Shown here piece by piece: positions 31,771-47,971 of a stretch of 64,000 nt of DNA. Source of the DNA: the human T2T-CHM13v2.0 reference genome, Homo sapiens; NCBI RefSeq assembly GCF_009914755.1, contig NC_060931.1; one strand, written 5' to 3'. A program made the translations under genes and the position numbers. Every line of letters begins with the position of its first letter. The stretch's first letter is position 1. Under the pieces are notes generated by a model, which saw only the letters and a list, made by a program, of their open reading frames with translations, was not told where the DNA came from and ran no database searches.

Positions 31771-31994
31771 AGGAGATCAGGACACAGACACACACAGGGG
31801 GACAGCCATGTGAGGACACAGGGAGAAGATGGCCTCTACAAGCCAAGGAGAGAGGGCTCAGGAGAAAGCAACCCTGCAGACACCTTGATCTTGCACTTCC
31901 AGCCTCCAGAATTGTGAGAAAATGAATTTCTATCGTTTAAGCTGCCCGGTCTGTGGTATGTTGTTTTGGTGGCTCTAGCAAATGAATATATACC

Positions 31995-32415
31995 CCAACC
32001 ATTTATCATTGCTCAGGGGTCTATGGGTGGGAGGGGTGGCTCTGCTGAACTGGGCTGAGCTCACCTATGCCAGAGCTTGGGTGGCCGTTGGCAGGTCCTT
32101 GATGGGCTATGATCCACATGGCCTCCCATGCTCCAGCAGAGAGCCCGGGCTTGTTGTCATGGCAACGGCACGGTTGCAAGACAGAGGGTTCTAGTGCACA
32201 GACTTCCTGAGACTTAGACTCCCAATGGGGATGTCATAACTTCTGCTGCCTCCTATTGACCAAAGCAAATCACATGATCAGCTTAGATTCAAGAGGATGG
32301 AAACAGACCCCATCCCTTGGTGGGAGTTGCTACACAGTCAGAAAGCAAATGGTTTAGAAGGCCTGGATTTAGAAAGGGGGCTAGAGAAACAGGGTTAAGT
32401 TTGCCATCAGTCTAG
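31995..32415 (-). mobile_element. MLT1H/I-type MaLR LTR
   Basis: CTATTGACCAAAGCAAATCACATG..GATTCAAGAGG. Confidence 0.7.
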
Positions 32416-32499
32416 AGGATTACTGAGCATTTCCTTTTGAATGTAAGAATCTGAACTTAAAATGTTTGAGTAATCTGGCTAAAATGTTTGAGTAATCTG

Positions 32500-32819
<320 letters not shown>

Positions 32820-32894
32820 TTATCCACACTAAAAAATTATCCACATTAATCGGGAAGCCAATTATCCACATTAAAAACATTAATGGCAATTTGC

Positions 32895-33860
<966 letters not shown>

Positions 33861-34227
33861 TTACAGAAGGATTCACCATAGGATCACCCAGTTACAGAAG
33901 CATCCCAGTGTGTCTAAGGGATCACTGGCAGGGTATTCACTCCTGGCTGGGATCGAGGAGATTGGAAGTACTTACGAAGGACAGAAATGCTTAGAAACAG
34001 AGTTAGGAGGCCCTGCCAAGCAGCCATCAATCAGAGAGGAAGATATGCCTCCCTGACATTAAGTCCAAAGGAAAACCCAGAACTGACCCACATTCTCAGT
34101 GACAGGGTTTTTAAGGTTTATGGTGTATCCCAGGAAATCTATACATGTTAAATAACAGAGGTGGGATAAGCCCTGGTTTGAGGCCAATAAGAAAAGCTCT
34201 ATCTCGGCTGCAAGAGTCAAGATTTCA

Positions 34228-34528
34228 GGCCAGTCACTGTGGCTCACACCTGTAATCCCAGCACTTTGGGAGGCAGAGGTGGGAGGATCGCTTAAGCCCA
34301 GGAGTTCAAGACCAGCCTGGACAACATAGTGAGATCCTATCTCTACGAAAATATTTTAAAAATGAGCCCGGTGTGGTGGCACATTTGACCTGTAGTCAAA
34401 GCTACCTGGGAGGCTTAAGCAAGAGGATCACTTGAGCCTAGGAGTTCAGGGCTGCAGTGAGCTACGATTGCACCACTGCACTCCAGCCTGAGCAACGAAG
34501 CGAGACTCTGTCTCTAAAAAATAAAAAG
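34228..34528 (+). mobile_element. AluJ
   Basis: TSD AAGATTTCA. Confidence 0.9.
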
Positions 34529-34796
34529 ATTTCAGGCTGCAGCTGAAATGCCACTTCCTCCCAAAGCCCCTGTCTGGGTCTTCAGCCAAAAGCAAGTGGC
34601 CATGCTCTGGTTTCTCAGACTCCTGAACTCCTCTCCAAAGTAGTGCTTCTCACACAGGGCCAGTGCACGTGCCCCTGTGCGCTTTGCCGTTTGCGGATTG
34701 CAAACCGCATGAGGGCAGGAAGTTACTGGGATCATTTTCCCAGCAAGTGGGAAGCCCACCATAGACATCTGTCCATTGACCTCCCCGTGCCCCCTT

Positions 34797-35009
34797 CCTT
34801 CTAAATCCCTTTGCTTTCTGACTTGGTAGCATCTCCTACCACGAGGTGGGGTCTGTTTCCCACCTCTTGAATCTAAGCTGATCATGTGATTTGCTTCAGC
34901 CAATAGGAGACAGCGGAAGTTATGACAACCCCATTGGGAGTCTAAGTCTCAAGAAGGCTGTGCACTAGAGCCCTCTGTCTTGCAACCCTGCCATTGCCAT
35001 GACAACAAG
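34797..35009 (-). repeat. Inverted local duplicate of 32150-32361
   Basis: CCTCTTGAATCTAAGCTGATCATGTGATTTGCTT..CCCCATTGGGAGTCTAAGTCTCA..TTGCCATGACAACAAG is the reverse complement, about 89% identity. Confidence 0.88.
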
Positions 35010-35619
35010 GGGGAAGCGCTCCATTTGCTTTTGGGGAAGAAACTGAGAATAACCGCGTTGAGCAAAGTACAACATCCCTCCTCGGCAGCCCCATTCCTTT
35101 AGGAAAGCCTTGGAAAGAAGCAGAGATTTATTTACAAGGAAATAAAAAGGTTTGCATTTATAATGGGCTAGGTACCATTTAAGTGGGTGCTGTCCTCAGC
35201 CTGCCTGCCAGGGATGTGGGAGAGGCAGATGGTGAAACTGTGATTGGCTCTGGAAGCTAAAACTAATACAACACTCCCTGCCCACCCCACCAGCTGAGGT
35301 GCGGCACCAAGGAACTCACTCTGGGGGGATGTCCTAAACCAAACCCTGGTTTGGTTTATAGCTTGTTTGAACTCGACTTTGTCCAGCCAAATGTTTCTCA
35401 ACAGCTCTGAAATATGTGAGCACATTCCTTGAATGCTGGTAATTTAGTCCCAATTGCTACTTGCTGGTGGAACACAGCAACTGAAAATAAACAAGATTCA
35501 TACTTATTTTCAAGCACGTTGCAATATGAGCAAAATTAACTTTGGTAAACAAGACCCTCCTGAAAAAAGATCGAGTTGGTAGAAACTGCTCTGTACCCTG
35601 AAAACTAATTCTGAGGCTG

Positions 35620-35860
35620 AAAAGACCCAGTAATCAAAGGCAAGAATAGCAATTTTCAGGATGGTAATATAGCGGGCAGATCGGAGCCGGGCCAGGGAGC
35701 GCGCCACTCTCTCAGGAGTACAATACAATACGATGCAATTAATTTTCCTCCACCATCTTTCATGTAGAAGTTTAACAAAATGCTCTGCAGCTAATTACCA
35801 ACTTCCTATGCAAATATAAGCAGAGTGTGTAGTTTGCAATTCATCAAATGGATACAGTGA
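35620..35860. promoter_or_regulatory. Candidate enhancer core
   Basis: ATCAAAG (TCF/LEF) 35633, octamer ATGCAAAT 35808, TAATTA and CAATTAATT homeodomain cores, CpG cluster; motif-based inference only. Confidence 0.35.
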
Positions 35861-36317
35861 GAAGACACCCTAGAAGACACAGAGATGGGGAGATGGCCCA
35901 AGGAGAGTGTTGATGGCACCATTAACCAGGAGCTGTTGGTCTCCTGGAGGGGGCAATGTAGGAACCAGTGGGGGTCTGGGTATCACCAGGAAGCTGAGCA
36001 CAGACAGGCCAGGATGCCCTGGTGAGAATGAAGAATCAGACATCTCATGGACACAAAGAAGGAGTCAGAAGCAAGGAAGAGATGCCAGTCCTGATAGGGG
36101 GTGTGTGAGATGCTGAGCTGGTTCTGGAGGGGGTCGATTGAAATTCTGATGTGGACAAGATGCCACCAAGGTCTGTGGTGACAGCAGATGGAATAGGCAT
36201 GCATGTCTGGATGAACATGGAGGTGAATGGGTGTGGGTGTCCCGGGATAGGGGGCCTGCAGTGGGACAGTGCAGAGACGGGGGACAATGATGGGCCCTAG
36301 AGAGTCCCTGGAGGTGG

Positions 36318-37432
36318 TAGTATGGAAGCGGGGGCAGAGAAGTGCTGGGTAGAGAAGGGCAGTGTCCCTGGCAAAAGCTCCACCCTTGGACCTGGGCCTA
36401 CGGACCTGAATGAGGACAGGTATTTCTGTTTTCACACTCGAAAAGTTGTCTTTTGGCCCACCACGCTGCCCATCCTGTGCCCATAAAAACCCCAGACCCT
36501 AGCGAGCGCAGACACAAGTAGCTGGACATTAAGAGGAGCAGAATAGCACACCAACAGACACCAGCAGACGCTGGCAGCCAGTGACAGCAGAACTACGCTG
36601 ACGCCAAGGGGAATTTGGCCGGGGGTGGCTGCAGGAGAGTCCGGCTGCTGGGTGGCCTGACTCCAGGAAAAGACCACCTTCCCACTCCATTCCCCTTCTT
36701 TTTCCCTATCCATCTTGCTAGGAGCCACCTCCACCACTCAATAAAACCTTGCATCCAGCCGGGTGTGGTGGCTCACGTCTGTAATCCCAGCACTTTGGGA
36801 GGCTGAGGTGGGTGGATCATGAGGTCAGGAGTTCAAGATCAGCCTGGCCAAGATGGTGAAATCCCCGTCTCTACTAAAAATACAAAAATTAGCCGGGCAT
36901 GGTGGTGGGCGCCTGTAATCCCAGCTACTTGGGAGGTTGAGGCAGAGAACTGCTTGAACCCAGGAGGCGGAGGTTGCAGTGAGCCGAGATCATGCCACTG
37001 TACTCCAGCCTGGGCAACAGAGCGAGACTCCATCTCAAAACAAAAACAACAACAACAGCAAAAAACCTTGCACCCATTCTCCAAGCCCATGTGTGGTCTG
37101 ATTTTTCTGGTACTCTAAGGCAAGAACCTGGGATACAGAAAGTAGCGCTCTGTCCTTGCGATAAGGCAGAGGGTCTAATTGAGCTGATGACCACAAGCTG
37201 CCTGCAGACAGCAAAGCTGAAAGAGTGTACTGTAACACACGCCCACTGGGGCTTCGGGAGCTGTAACCCCTCAACACTAGATGCTGCTGTGGGGTCAGAG
37301 CCCCAAAACGCTCCCCACGAACTGCCTGTCTGTATGCTCCCCCAGGGGTTTGGGCAGCGGGGCACCAAAGAATCGAGCCGTACTCCTGTCACAATGCCCT
37401 GAGAGGGGGATAAGGGAGGTTCTCCTGTTTCA
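36318..37432 (+). mobile_element. LTR1-family ERV1 solo LTR, near full length, split by an Alu
   Basis: GAAGTGCTGGGTAGAGAAGGGC.., CCCATAAAAACCCC, CAATAAAACCTTGCA, TGTAACACACGCCCACTGGGGCTTC, ends CCTGTTTCA. Confidence 0.82.
36757..37062 (+). mobile_element. AluS (Sg-like)
   Basis: TSD AAAACCTTGCA(T/C)CCA. Confidence 0.9.
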
Positions 37433-39638
37433 GTGTCATCAGTGACCCTGTCCCATCCAACACCCCTTCATGTTCCTGACATCAGAGGAAGACACAATCC
37501 CGGAGTTGGAGAAGAGGACCAAGACTGAACTGGGAATTTTAGGTGACAATATTCTAATGACATGTCAGGGGTGACACTGGTGGGATCCTGAAGTCACCAA
37601 GTGATAGATGGGAGCGGTGACCAGAGCTTTACAGCCTACAAAGGACTCTTAGTGGTCAGGAGGCAGGCAGGTATGAAGGCCCCTTGTCCCTTGTCTCATC
37701 TCCAGGCCGACAAAATCAGGGCTCAGAATAGAAGACTCACTGGGAAAAACATGTACAAGGCTGATTCAGGAATTCAGGTCCCTGATTTTAAATCCAGGGT
37801 TCTTAGGATGAAAACAACTTCCAGCTTAAACCTGATAAATTGCTCTGAAATGAACCCAATGAAAGCAAAAATAGAAATTAATATACGAAAACCCGAGTGT
37901 GTTCAGAATGCTAAGCATTCTGGAAATAATAGAGGAAATCAGTCAAATCAGTTGTTGGCATCTTATAGATCAAAAAGGAAAAAAAAAAAAAAAAGAAAGA
38001 AAGAAACAAACCCAAACAGAAACCCAATTAATGAAGTGATATTTTCCCTCCGCGTCAGCTGTTTTGGTGTTTTTGTTTGTTTGTTTTTTTCAGAGCCCAT
38101 TGTCAGGAGAGCATAGTTCTGACTAATGTAGGTTTAGCCCATTTTTGTTTCAGAAATTGTAAAGAGGATCTCAGAGATTCACGGACGGAGGCCTAGGGGT
38201 ACTGCCTACTTACCTGCAAACCAGCAAAGAGATGATACAGGCTCCTACCTCAACACTTCAAAGTCCTTCTTCTTTGAAATAGCTGAAAGATGGAGCCAAA
38301 AGCACGTGAGAGTCAAGGTCAGACTTAGCTAATCTCCCGCAGGTAATGCCTTTCACCTTCATAAAGAGAAGAATTACAACACTGTCTTCCCGCATGTCCT
38401 CAGCTGATGGCCAGAGAAGAGGAAGATAATATTTACTATTTTGTCCTTACAAAATGCACACAGATGCCGACCGTATATTTGAAAAGCAGGGGCTTAATAT
38501 TTTGAGATGAGGTGTGGGACCGGGAAAATGTGGACGATCTCACCTTATTCATTTATCTAAATTTGACAGTGGAACCTTCTTCCACAGAACTCAATGTCAC
38601 ACCCGCAGAATGCCGGGGCGTGAAACAAGGCCACTGTTAACACGAGGAAGAATTACTTACGATGTATTAACAAGACAAAAAAGTCAGGAGAAGTGGAAGA
38701 AAATGATGAGACTATCAGCATTAGTTCCTCGCTGGCTGAGTTTAGTCTGAAATGACAGCTTTGCCCGCAGGCTACAAAGCAAGCATTCAGAGAGATTCAG
38801 GAGTGGTCTTGCTTTCAAATTTTGCTGAGCTGAAGAGTGTCATTTTTCATTTTCGTGTCTTAGAAGCCCATGTCCACACCTTCTCATGGTAGCCTTGCCT
38901 GCCTCTCTCCCTGAGAAATGTCTAGGCTTCTTAGATTGCAGCGGCAAATCAAGGTGGGCTCCTCTTACCTGGGGGAGAAAGCCTAGACTCCAACCCCAGT
39001 GGAAGCAACCACCGTGCCATCAGGGTGCCACTGAACAGGGCTGCTGGCTGCAGGAGACGTGGGTTCTCTCTTTTCACCTTGAGGAAGAGCTGCCCAGCCC
39101 CACACCTTCCCCTGTGGAATTCTCTCGGGTGATGCTGTCATTGTCCTACCCTGGCAGAGCCTCCTTGGAACAGGTGTGTGCTTTCAGCCACCGAGTTTTG
39201 CCAGAAGCTCAGGAAATCTGTATCTTCACTTGCTGGCATTGACGGATGATCCTATCGGTAGGGGGAAAATGCTATGGTCATGCACTGATGATGTGGTAGG
39301 AAAGAATTTACTGCATAAACATCTACTTTCTGCGAAGGGCTGGGAACAGAAGGCCACAGGGGGTGAGAGGGGTTTCTTCTCCCTGTCAGCCGGCTCTTAG
39401 TTTGACCTGCCATTCAGGGCTTGGACACAAAAGACAAAACAAGACAAAACAAAACAAAAACACTCAGAGCTCTGGAGGTCTTTGTCTCATGTCCATGGCC
39501 ATGCCCGGAGCCAGGAATAGGAGCAAGCTGGTCATTCTGACCCCAGACCCTGACATGGGGTAAGCTTCCTTCAGAGGGCTGGTGAAAGCTTTGTCTTGGT
39601 GTGGCAGGAACTAAGAATGCAAAAAAGAAGGAGAGTGA

Positions 39639-40053
<415 letters not shown>

Positions 40054-40269
40054 TCAGGCCCTGGCTCTACAGAAAGACCAGCATCAAGCATGCCTTTGCC
40101 CTAGGTGGAGGCTTTAGAAAGCAGGGTGGTTGCTAAGGGCAGATGCCAAGCACTAATACCTGCTGTCCTGCCTTCTTAATAGACCTTCACCCTCAAACCC
40201 TTTCATTTTTACAAGACTCCTGCCTGCCGCAGTTCCCATGTTGGGGAGCCAGTACTCACGGGAGACATT

Positions 40270-40969
<700 letters not shown>

Positions 40970-41004
40970 CAGTGGGCGGCTTTCAAGAAGACCACTAACT
41001 GAGT

Positions 41005-41130
41005 AGAGTTCAAGCTGGGGCAAGTCACTTGACCTCAATTTACCCATCTGTACAATTGGAGTGACAGAGCCTACCTCGCAGGGTGGCTGCAAATGTCAGA
41101 AGACACCGCACGCTGGAGCTCAGCGCCCAT
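41005..41130 (+). mobile_element. MIR fragment
   Basis: GGGCAAGTCACTTGACCTCAATTTACCCATCTGTA. Confidence 0.65.
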
Positions 41131-41923
41131 GCACAGGGACAGGTGAGGGGTGCCGACAGTGTCAGCGAAGGGTCTGGGGACCAGCAGGAAGCAGGAATGA
41201 TGGGATGTGGTGGGAAGGGAATGATTCTGCTGAAAGTGGGGAGGCACCAGAGGGTACCTCGTTAGCAGCTTGACCGGGATCATGGCCAGCTCCAATTGGT
41301 CTACACGAATGGTACTCTGAGGGTCATTTGTCATGCAAGTAACCCCTGCCCTCCCACCTTCTGGCTTTTAATATATTAGCCCGGGAAATGCCCGGCAGGA
41401 ACGCAAACCGCTGGAAAAGATCTCTGGGTTGCATTCCAGGCAGACGGCAGTGGTACCCACTCCCCGTCTCCACCAGGAGACCCCTCTGGAGGGAGGTGGC
41501 CGGGTCAGGCTCAGCTTGGGGCAGCGCATTCTTTCTCGGTCCACTAGGGGGACATTTACTAAATCCCCACAACCTGCAAATTCCATCCTTGCTGGGACAA
41601 ATGGCTCCCTCGTGTCTCTCAAGACCCACTGCTGTTTGTTAACCTGCTGGACAGCCAATCTCTTATAGCTTTCAGGGGACAGGAACATATCAAGTTCTTT
41701 CCTTTTTTATTTTTTTAAACAGTGAATGTGAATGTACTGCAGATTTCCCGTGAAATGCTCCATCGTGGGAGTTACTAACTGATGAGTGCATTCATTCGTT
41801 CCTTCATTCATGCGTAGGGTACCTACTATGGGCCAGGCCTGTGCAAGGCTCTTGAAGGACAACTGGGAAGAAAAATCAGACGTGGCCCTATTCTTATGGC
41901 ACTTACGATTCAGTGGGAAGCTA

Positions 41924-42285
<362 letters not shown>

Positions 42286-42299
42286 CTCACAAATGTATT

Positions 42300-42565
42300 T
42301 ATCTTTTGAGACAGGGTCTCACTCAGTTGCCCAGGCTGCAGTACAGTGACTTGATCAGAGCTTATTGCAGCTTCTAACTCCTGGACCAAGTGATGCTCCC
42401 ATTTCAGCCTTTTGAATAGCTGGGACCACAGGTGTGTGCCACTAAAAGATTGTTTTCTGTAGAGAAGGGGTCTCCCTGTGTCCCGGCTGGTCTTGGACTC
42501 AAGGGATCCTCCCACCTCAGCCTCCTAAAGTACGGGGATTACAGATGTAAGCCACCACACCCAGC
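42300..42565 (-). mobile_element. AluJ, tail-to-tail with the preceding Alu
   Basis: TTTTGAGACAGGGTCTCACTC..GCCACCACACCCAGCC. Confidence 0.85.
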
Positions 42566-42950
42566 CACAAATTTCTACAAAGAAGAGTTACACAGTGTTC
42601 TCACAGTCTACAGTAGGAGGGTTGGACTCGCTCAAAAGGAGGGGAGCTTCTCTGAGGAAGTGGCCCAAAAGATGAGAGAGAGTCAATTAGGTTTTTAAAA
42701 AAAAAAAAAAAAAAAAAGCCATCCAGGCTGGGGAATGAGCATTTGCAAAGGCCCTGTGGCAGGGGGCTCATGGCAAGCAGGAGGTCAGAGTGGAAAGGGA
42801 GGGGCGCAGGGCAAGAAGAGATGTGGAGGGGGCAAGGGCCAGGCTTGGAGGGTCAAGTTAAGACACTTTAGTCTTTATCCTAAGAGTAATGGGATCCCCT
42901 GAAGGATGTAAAGGGAGTAACTTGGTCAAATTTGTCTTTTAGAAAGACCA

Positions 42951-43249
42951 GCTGGGGCATGCCTGGTGGCTCATGCCTGTAATCCCAGCACTTTGGGAAG
43001 CTGAGTCAGGAGAATCACTTGAGGCCATGAGTTCGAGAACAGTCTGGGCAAAACAGTGAGACCCCAGCTCTACAAAAAATAATTAGCCAGGCGTGAAGGT
43101 ACACACCTGTAGTCCCAGCTACTCAGGAGGCTGAGGTGGGAGGATTGCTTGAACCCGGGAGTTCAAGGCTTCAGTGAGCTACAATCCTGCCCCTGCACTC
43201 CAGCCTGGGCGACAAGAGAGAAACCCTATCTTAAAAAAATAAAAATAAA
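42951..43249 (+). mobile_element. AluJ
   Basis: Dimer; degenerate TSD AAAG(A/G)CCA. Confidence 0.88.
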
Positions 43250-43289
43250 GGCCACCCTGGCTGCTCGCAGGGGGCTGGACTGCCCCCAC

Positions 43290-43680
43290 CACATGGCCCT
43301 GCAGAAATGAAGGCCTAGTCCCTGGGTGGTGGGAGGGCTGCTGGCAGAAAGTCCCGGCTCCCCATCCTTCAGGGATAGTGGCTGTGGGGAACGTGCTGGC
43401 TCTGAGGCATACTCCATTCCAGGACAGCCAGCAGCTGATGCATGATCAACGAGGGGTAAAAAGGCCCAGACTCAGCTCTGAGGGTCTCCCCACCCCATTT
43501 CCAGATTCCCTTCAGGGTTGTCTGAAGCCTTCACGGAGGCTGCCTCAAAGCTCAATATCCTTCCTGCCTAATTCTGTACTTTTCCCTTCCCCGGATGCCA
43601 GTCCTAAGAGAACCCCTTGACAGATCTCCTGCACAGTCTCCTCCCTCTCTGAGTCTGCTTCCTGGGGCACCCACCCCTCC
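43290..43680 (+). mobile_element. LTR16A-like ERVL LTR
   Basis: CTCCTGCACAG..GAGTCTGCTTCCTGGGG 3' terminus. Confidence 0.6.
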
Positions 43681-43809
43681 ACCCTCCGGCAGGAGAAGGG
43701 ATCAGAGACAGTACAGAGTGGAGGAGGGGATGGGCTCTCTAAGTCAGATGGAGCGAGCTCACGGCCTGCACTGGGTGGTGACGGAAGAGACCCAGGCAAG
43801 GAGGGCGCC

Positions 43810-44262
43810 TGTCAGGGCTAAATCATGTCCCCACAAACGATGTTAAACCTCCAAAAGATCATGTCCTAACCCCCAATGCCTGCAAATGCCATCTTATTTG
43901 GAAACAGGGTCTTTGCAGATAATCAAGTCAAGATGAGGTTCTTAGGGTGGGCCCTAAACCAAGATGACTAGTGTCTTCATGAAAAGGGAAATTTGGACAC
44001 AGACACACAGGAGAGCACACATGAGGATGAAGGTGGAGATCAGAGGGATGCGTCTACAAGTCGAGGATCACTGCAGATTGTGGAGAACCACCGGGAGCTG
44101 GGGAGAGGCCTGGGGCAGGTTCTCTGCCCCCAGAAGGAACCAACCCTACCAACACCTTGATCTTGGACCTCTGGCCTCCAGCCCCATGAGGCCATACATT
44201 TCTGTTGTTTAAGTTGCCCAGTTTGTGGTACTTTGTCGTGGCAGGCCCAGCATACTAATATA
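43810..44262 (+). mobile_element. MLT1C solo LTR
   Basis: GGAAACAGGGTCTTTGCAGAT, GGGAAATTTGGACACAGAC, ACTAATATA. Confidence 0.85.
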
Positions 44263-44730
44263 GGACCCAAGAGGTAGCTGGGGAAAGATTGGGCAAACTG
44301 TGTGCATGGCATCATTACTCAGGTCAAAAATTTGAAATGAAGCTCAAACTTAAAAATATTGGTAAGTATGAAAAAAAAAGCATGATAAAAAAAAAAAAAA
44401 AGAAAAGCTATTGCTGCTAAAGGAAGAAGGGTAGGGTTTCCCCACCTCCATCAGCTTGCAAAAATGAGGCTGGTGACGTGGCTGTGGGTCTCATTTCCTG
44501 CACGGCCTGTTGGGGTTTGTGTAGTTTCTGGGCACTCAGCTTGAGAGGCTGACCTCCCAAAGGCATTGGGAGCCTGCGGGAGCCAGCCAGGGGGAGCACA
44601 GCTGTGCAGCCATGCCTGTTTGTCCTGACCCTACAGCAGGACGCAGGCGCCCCACCACCCAGAACCCCAGAACCGGATGTAGGAGGTGGTGAGAGCTGCA
44701 TTGGTTGATTTCCTATTTTCTTCCTTCCTA

Positions 44731-45045
44731 TTTTTTTTTTTTTAATTTTTTAGAGCAAGGTCTTGCTCTGTTGCCCACGCTGGAGTGCAGTGGTTCAATC
44801 ATAGCTCACTGCAGCCTCTACCTCCTGGGCTCAAGCAATCCTCCTGCCTTAGCCTCCTGAGTAGCTGAGACCACAGATGCATGCCACCATGCTCGGCTAA
44901 TTTTTAATTTTTTTTTTTTTTTTTGTAGAAAAGGGGGGTCTTGCTATGTGGCTCAGGCTGGTCTCAAACTCTGAAGCTCAAGTGATCCTCCCACGTTGGC
45001 TGCCCAAAGTGTGGGGATTATAGGCGTGAGGCACCGCACCTGGCC
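44731..45045 (-). mobile_element. AluJ
   Basis: TSD TGAT(T/C)TCCTATTT. Confidence 0.9.
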
Positions 45046-45655
45046 TGATCTCCTATTTCAGTAATGTATCACCTCCTGTGCAAAGAAGGAAGATTGTTGC
45101 AAATTAAACATAAAAACATGAAAGCTTTTCAAGCTGGGTATCTAAGTAGCCTTTTCATTCCCACCAACTCCATGACAGATTCCTATATGTGTTGTGCATA
45201 ACCATTATTAAAATAACAATATCGCCCTGTTGGAAGAATTCAGAATGTCACTAGAACATTCTAAAGATAAAGGCCAAAAAAAACCCAACCCCCCCCCCCC
45301 CCACACACACAAAAAACACAACCAAGCTTTATCTTTGGAACAGAATAAGGTTAAAAAAAATTAAAATAATCACAAAGGTATGATTTAATCTTTACGATGT
45401 TATAAATATTAATATGAAAAAGACTTTATATTGGGAAACATTATTATACAGTATAACGCTAATTTTATGAAAATCAATTCATTTAGTGCTCATACATTTT
45501 TTACCTCTCTCTTTGGCTTTTGCTGACGATTTACGTCTTATCATTTTCTACTTCAACACCTACCACCTTGCACTGGGGTACAGTGCAGGATTTGGACATC
45601 ACAATTTTTTCTTCAGTAATGCCCCAAGGTTTCCCACAGATAAGAGGAGAAGGTT

Positions 45656-45955
<300 letters not shown>

Positions 45956-46139
45956 GAATAGGATGTTGCCAAAATAGGACAAACAACTGAGCTGAACGTT
46001 GGATGTTTTTAATCATAAGCATGGCTTGATTTACATCACTCCCTTCAGAAATGCAAAGGCTTCAGACATCGAGCCAAAGGCAAAACCATTGCAGGTATGT
46101 GGGGCCGGGAGAGCCCCAGCGAAGTCAGCTTGGTGCCCA

Positions 46140-46340
46140 CTCCAGGCAGGCACAGGGCCAGCCCTGCTATGCTCCTTATCTCCTTTAATCCCCTAGCAAC
46201 CCCAGAAGGTAGGTTTGTGATGATCCACACTCTGCAGATGAGGAAACTGAGGTTCAAGAGAGTTACTAACTTGCCCCTGGACATGCCCCTGGGAAGTGGC
46301 CGGGATGAGTTGGAAACCCATATCTACTTAGCTCCATGGT
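46140..46340 (-). mobile_element. MIR
   Basis: CAGATGAGGAAACTGAGGTTCA..TAACTTGCCC. Confidence 0.8.
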
Positions 46341-47474
46341 CCGGCTCTGTGTGCACTAAGACATCAATTACCCCCCGGGACTGGAAACCAGAAGGAGGCG
46401 GGCAATAGGTTGTGTTTGCTGACGGATCCCACCCAGAACTGATCCTACTGGATCTCCCTTAGGGAGACTCAGGAATCCTCACTACAGTGAATTACATGCA
46501 CAGTTTTGGTGGCCAGAGGGGCATTTAGATGATGGCTACAGGAGTGCTTTTTTGAAAGCTTCATTAACTATACAAGTCAATACCCTATTGCAATTTCCAT
46601 GAAATGGGTAATTCGGTGAAGTTCTTTTTTAACAAAATGTTGCATCAATGAGGGAATTCAGGGTGGGAGATCAACAGGAAGTTACAGTTGGAACCAATTT
46701 CAACCCACATAGAAAGATCCGGAAGCCTTGCAAGGAGACCATCACAGTAATCCGGCGTGAGAGTGCCGAGGCGTAGCTGCTGGAATCATCGCCCATTTTT
46801 CTAATTTGCAGCCTAGGAGCTGATCGTGCAACCCTGTTAGGGAGCTAATATAGGATGAAGATGGGACAAGTTGGTGTCGAGAGTAACACGCCGGCTCCTT
46901 AGCGGAGGTCTGAAGAACAATCGAGTTGAATTAATTTCTAAGAGACCCCATGACAGATTCTTGATGATGATCCCCAATTAGGGAAACCTCGGTTTCGTTT
47001 TTGTTTAATGTCAGGAAGTTAAGAGGCTGTGGGCGGATGGCTGTGAAAGACACAGAGGGTGAAAGCCTTGCCTCTCTTGAAACGTATGGGGCCGTGGCTG
47101 CAGGTCCTTTCATGCCTTCTCCAAAGAGGAAGTCGTGAAATCTGTGTGTCTCAGCCCATGTCCAAAGAGGGAAACGCTGTGATGAGAAGATACAGCGGTT
47201 CAACTCATTCTGGAGCCCACAGAGGCTTAAAAGAGGGGGAGAATCTGTTTCATGAAAAAGGGAAAGATTCAGTCTTGAACCAGATGAATGTGCCTGGGTG
47301 AAAATGCGTCAGTGGTACCAGAAAATCCAGACAGAATCCTTCCTCTGGGTTTTTCCCAAATCAACAAGTGTCTTTGGTTGCTGGGACGCAGGGAGAGAGC
47401 TGTTCATGGAGGAGCGTGGGAGGTCACATTCTTGAGGCCTGTTTAGTTTATCCTGTTAAAAGGAGGAGATGTGA

Positions 47475-47971
<497 letters not shown>

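Noticed and set aside
37601-38116. 171-aa ORF with a basic NLS-like stretch
   Set aside because: It starts at a non-ATG codon, overlaps MIR-like sequence, its Lys run is a poly-A tract, and it has no recognisable domain.
41538-41556. CTCF-like CCACTAGGGGGAC, and CAGCCAGGGGGAGC near 44585
   Set aside because: Mismatch at the strongly conserved C after the G-run; too weak to call.
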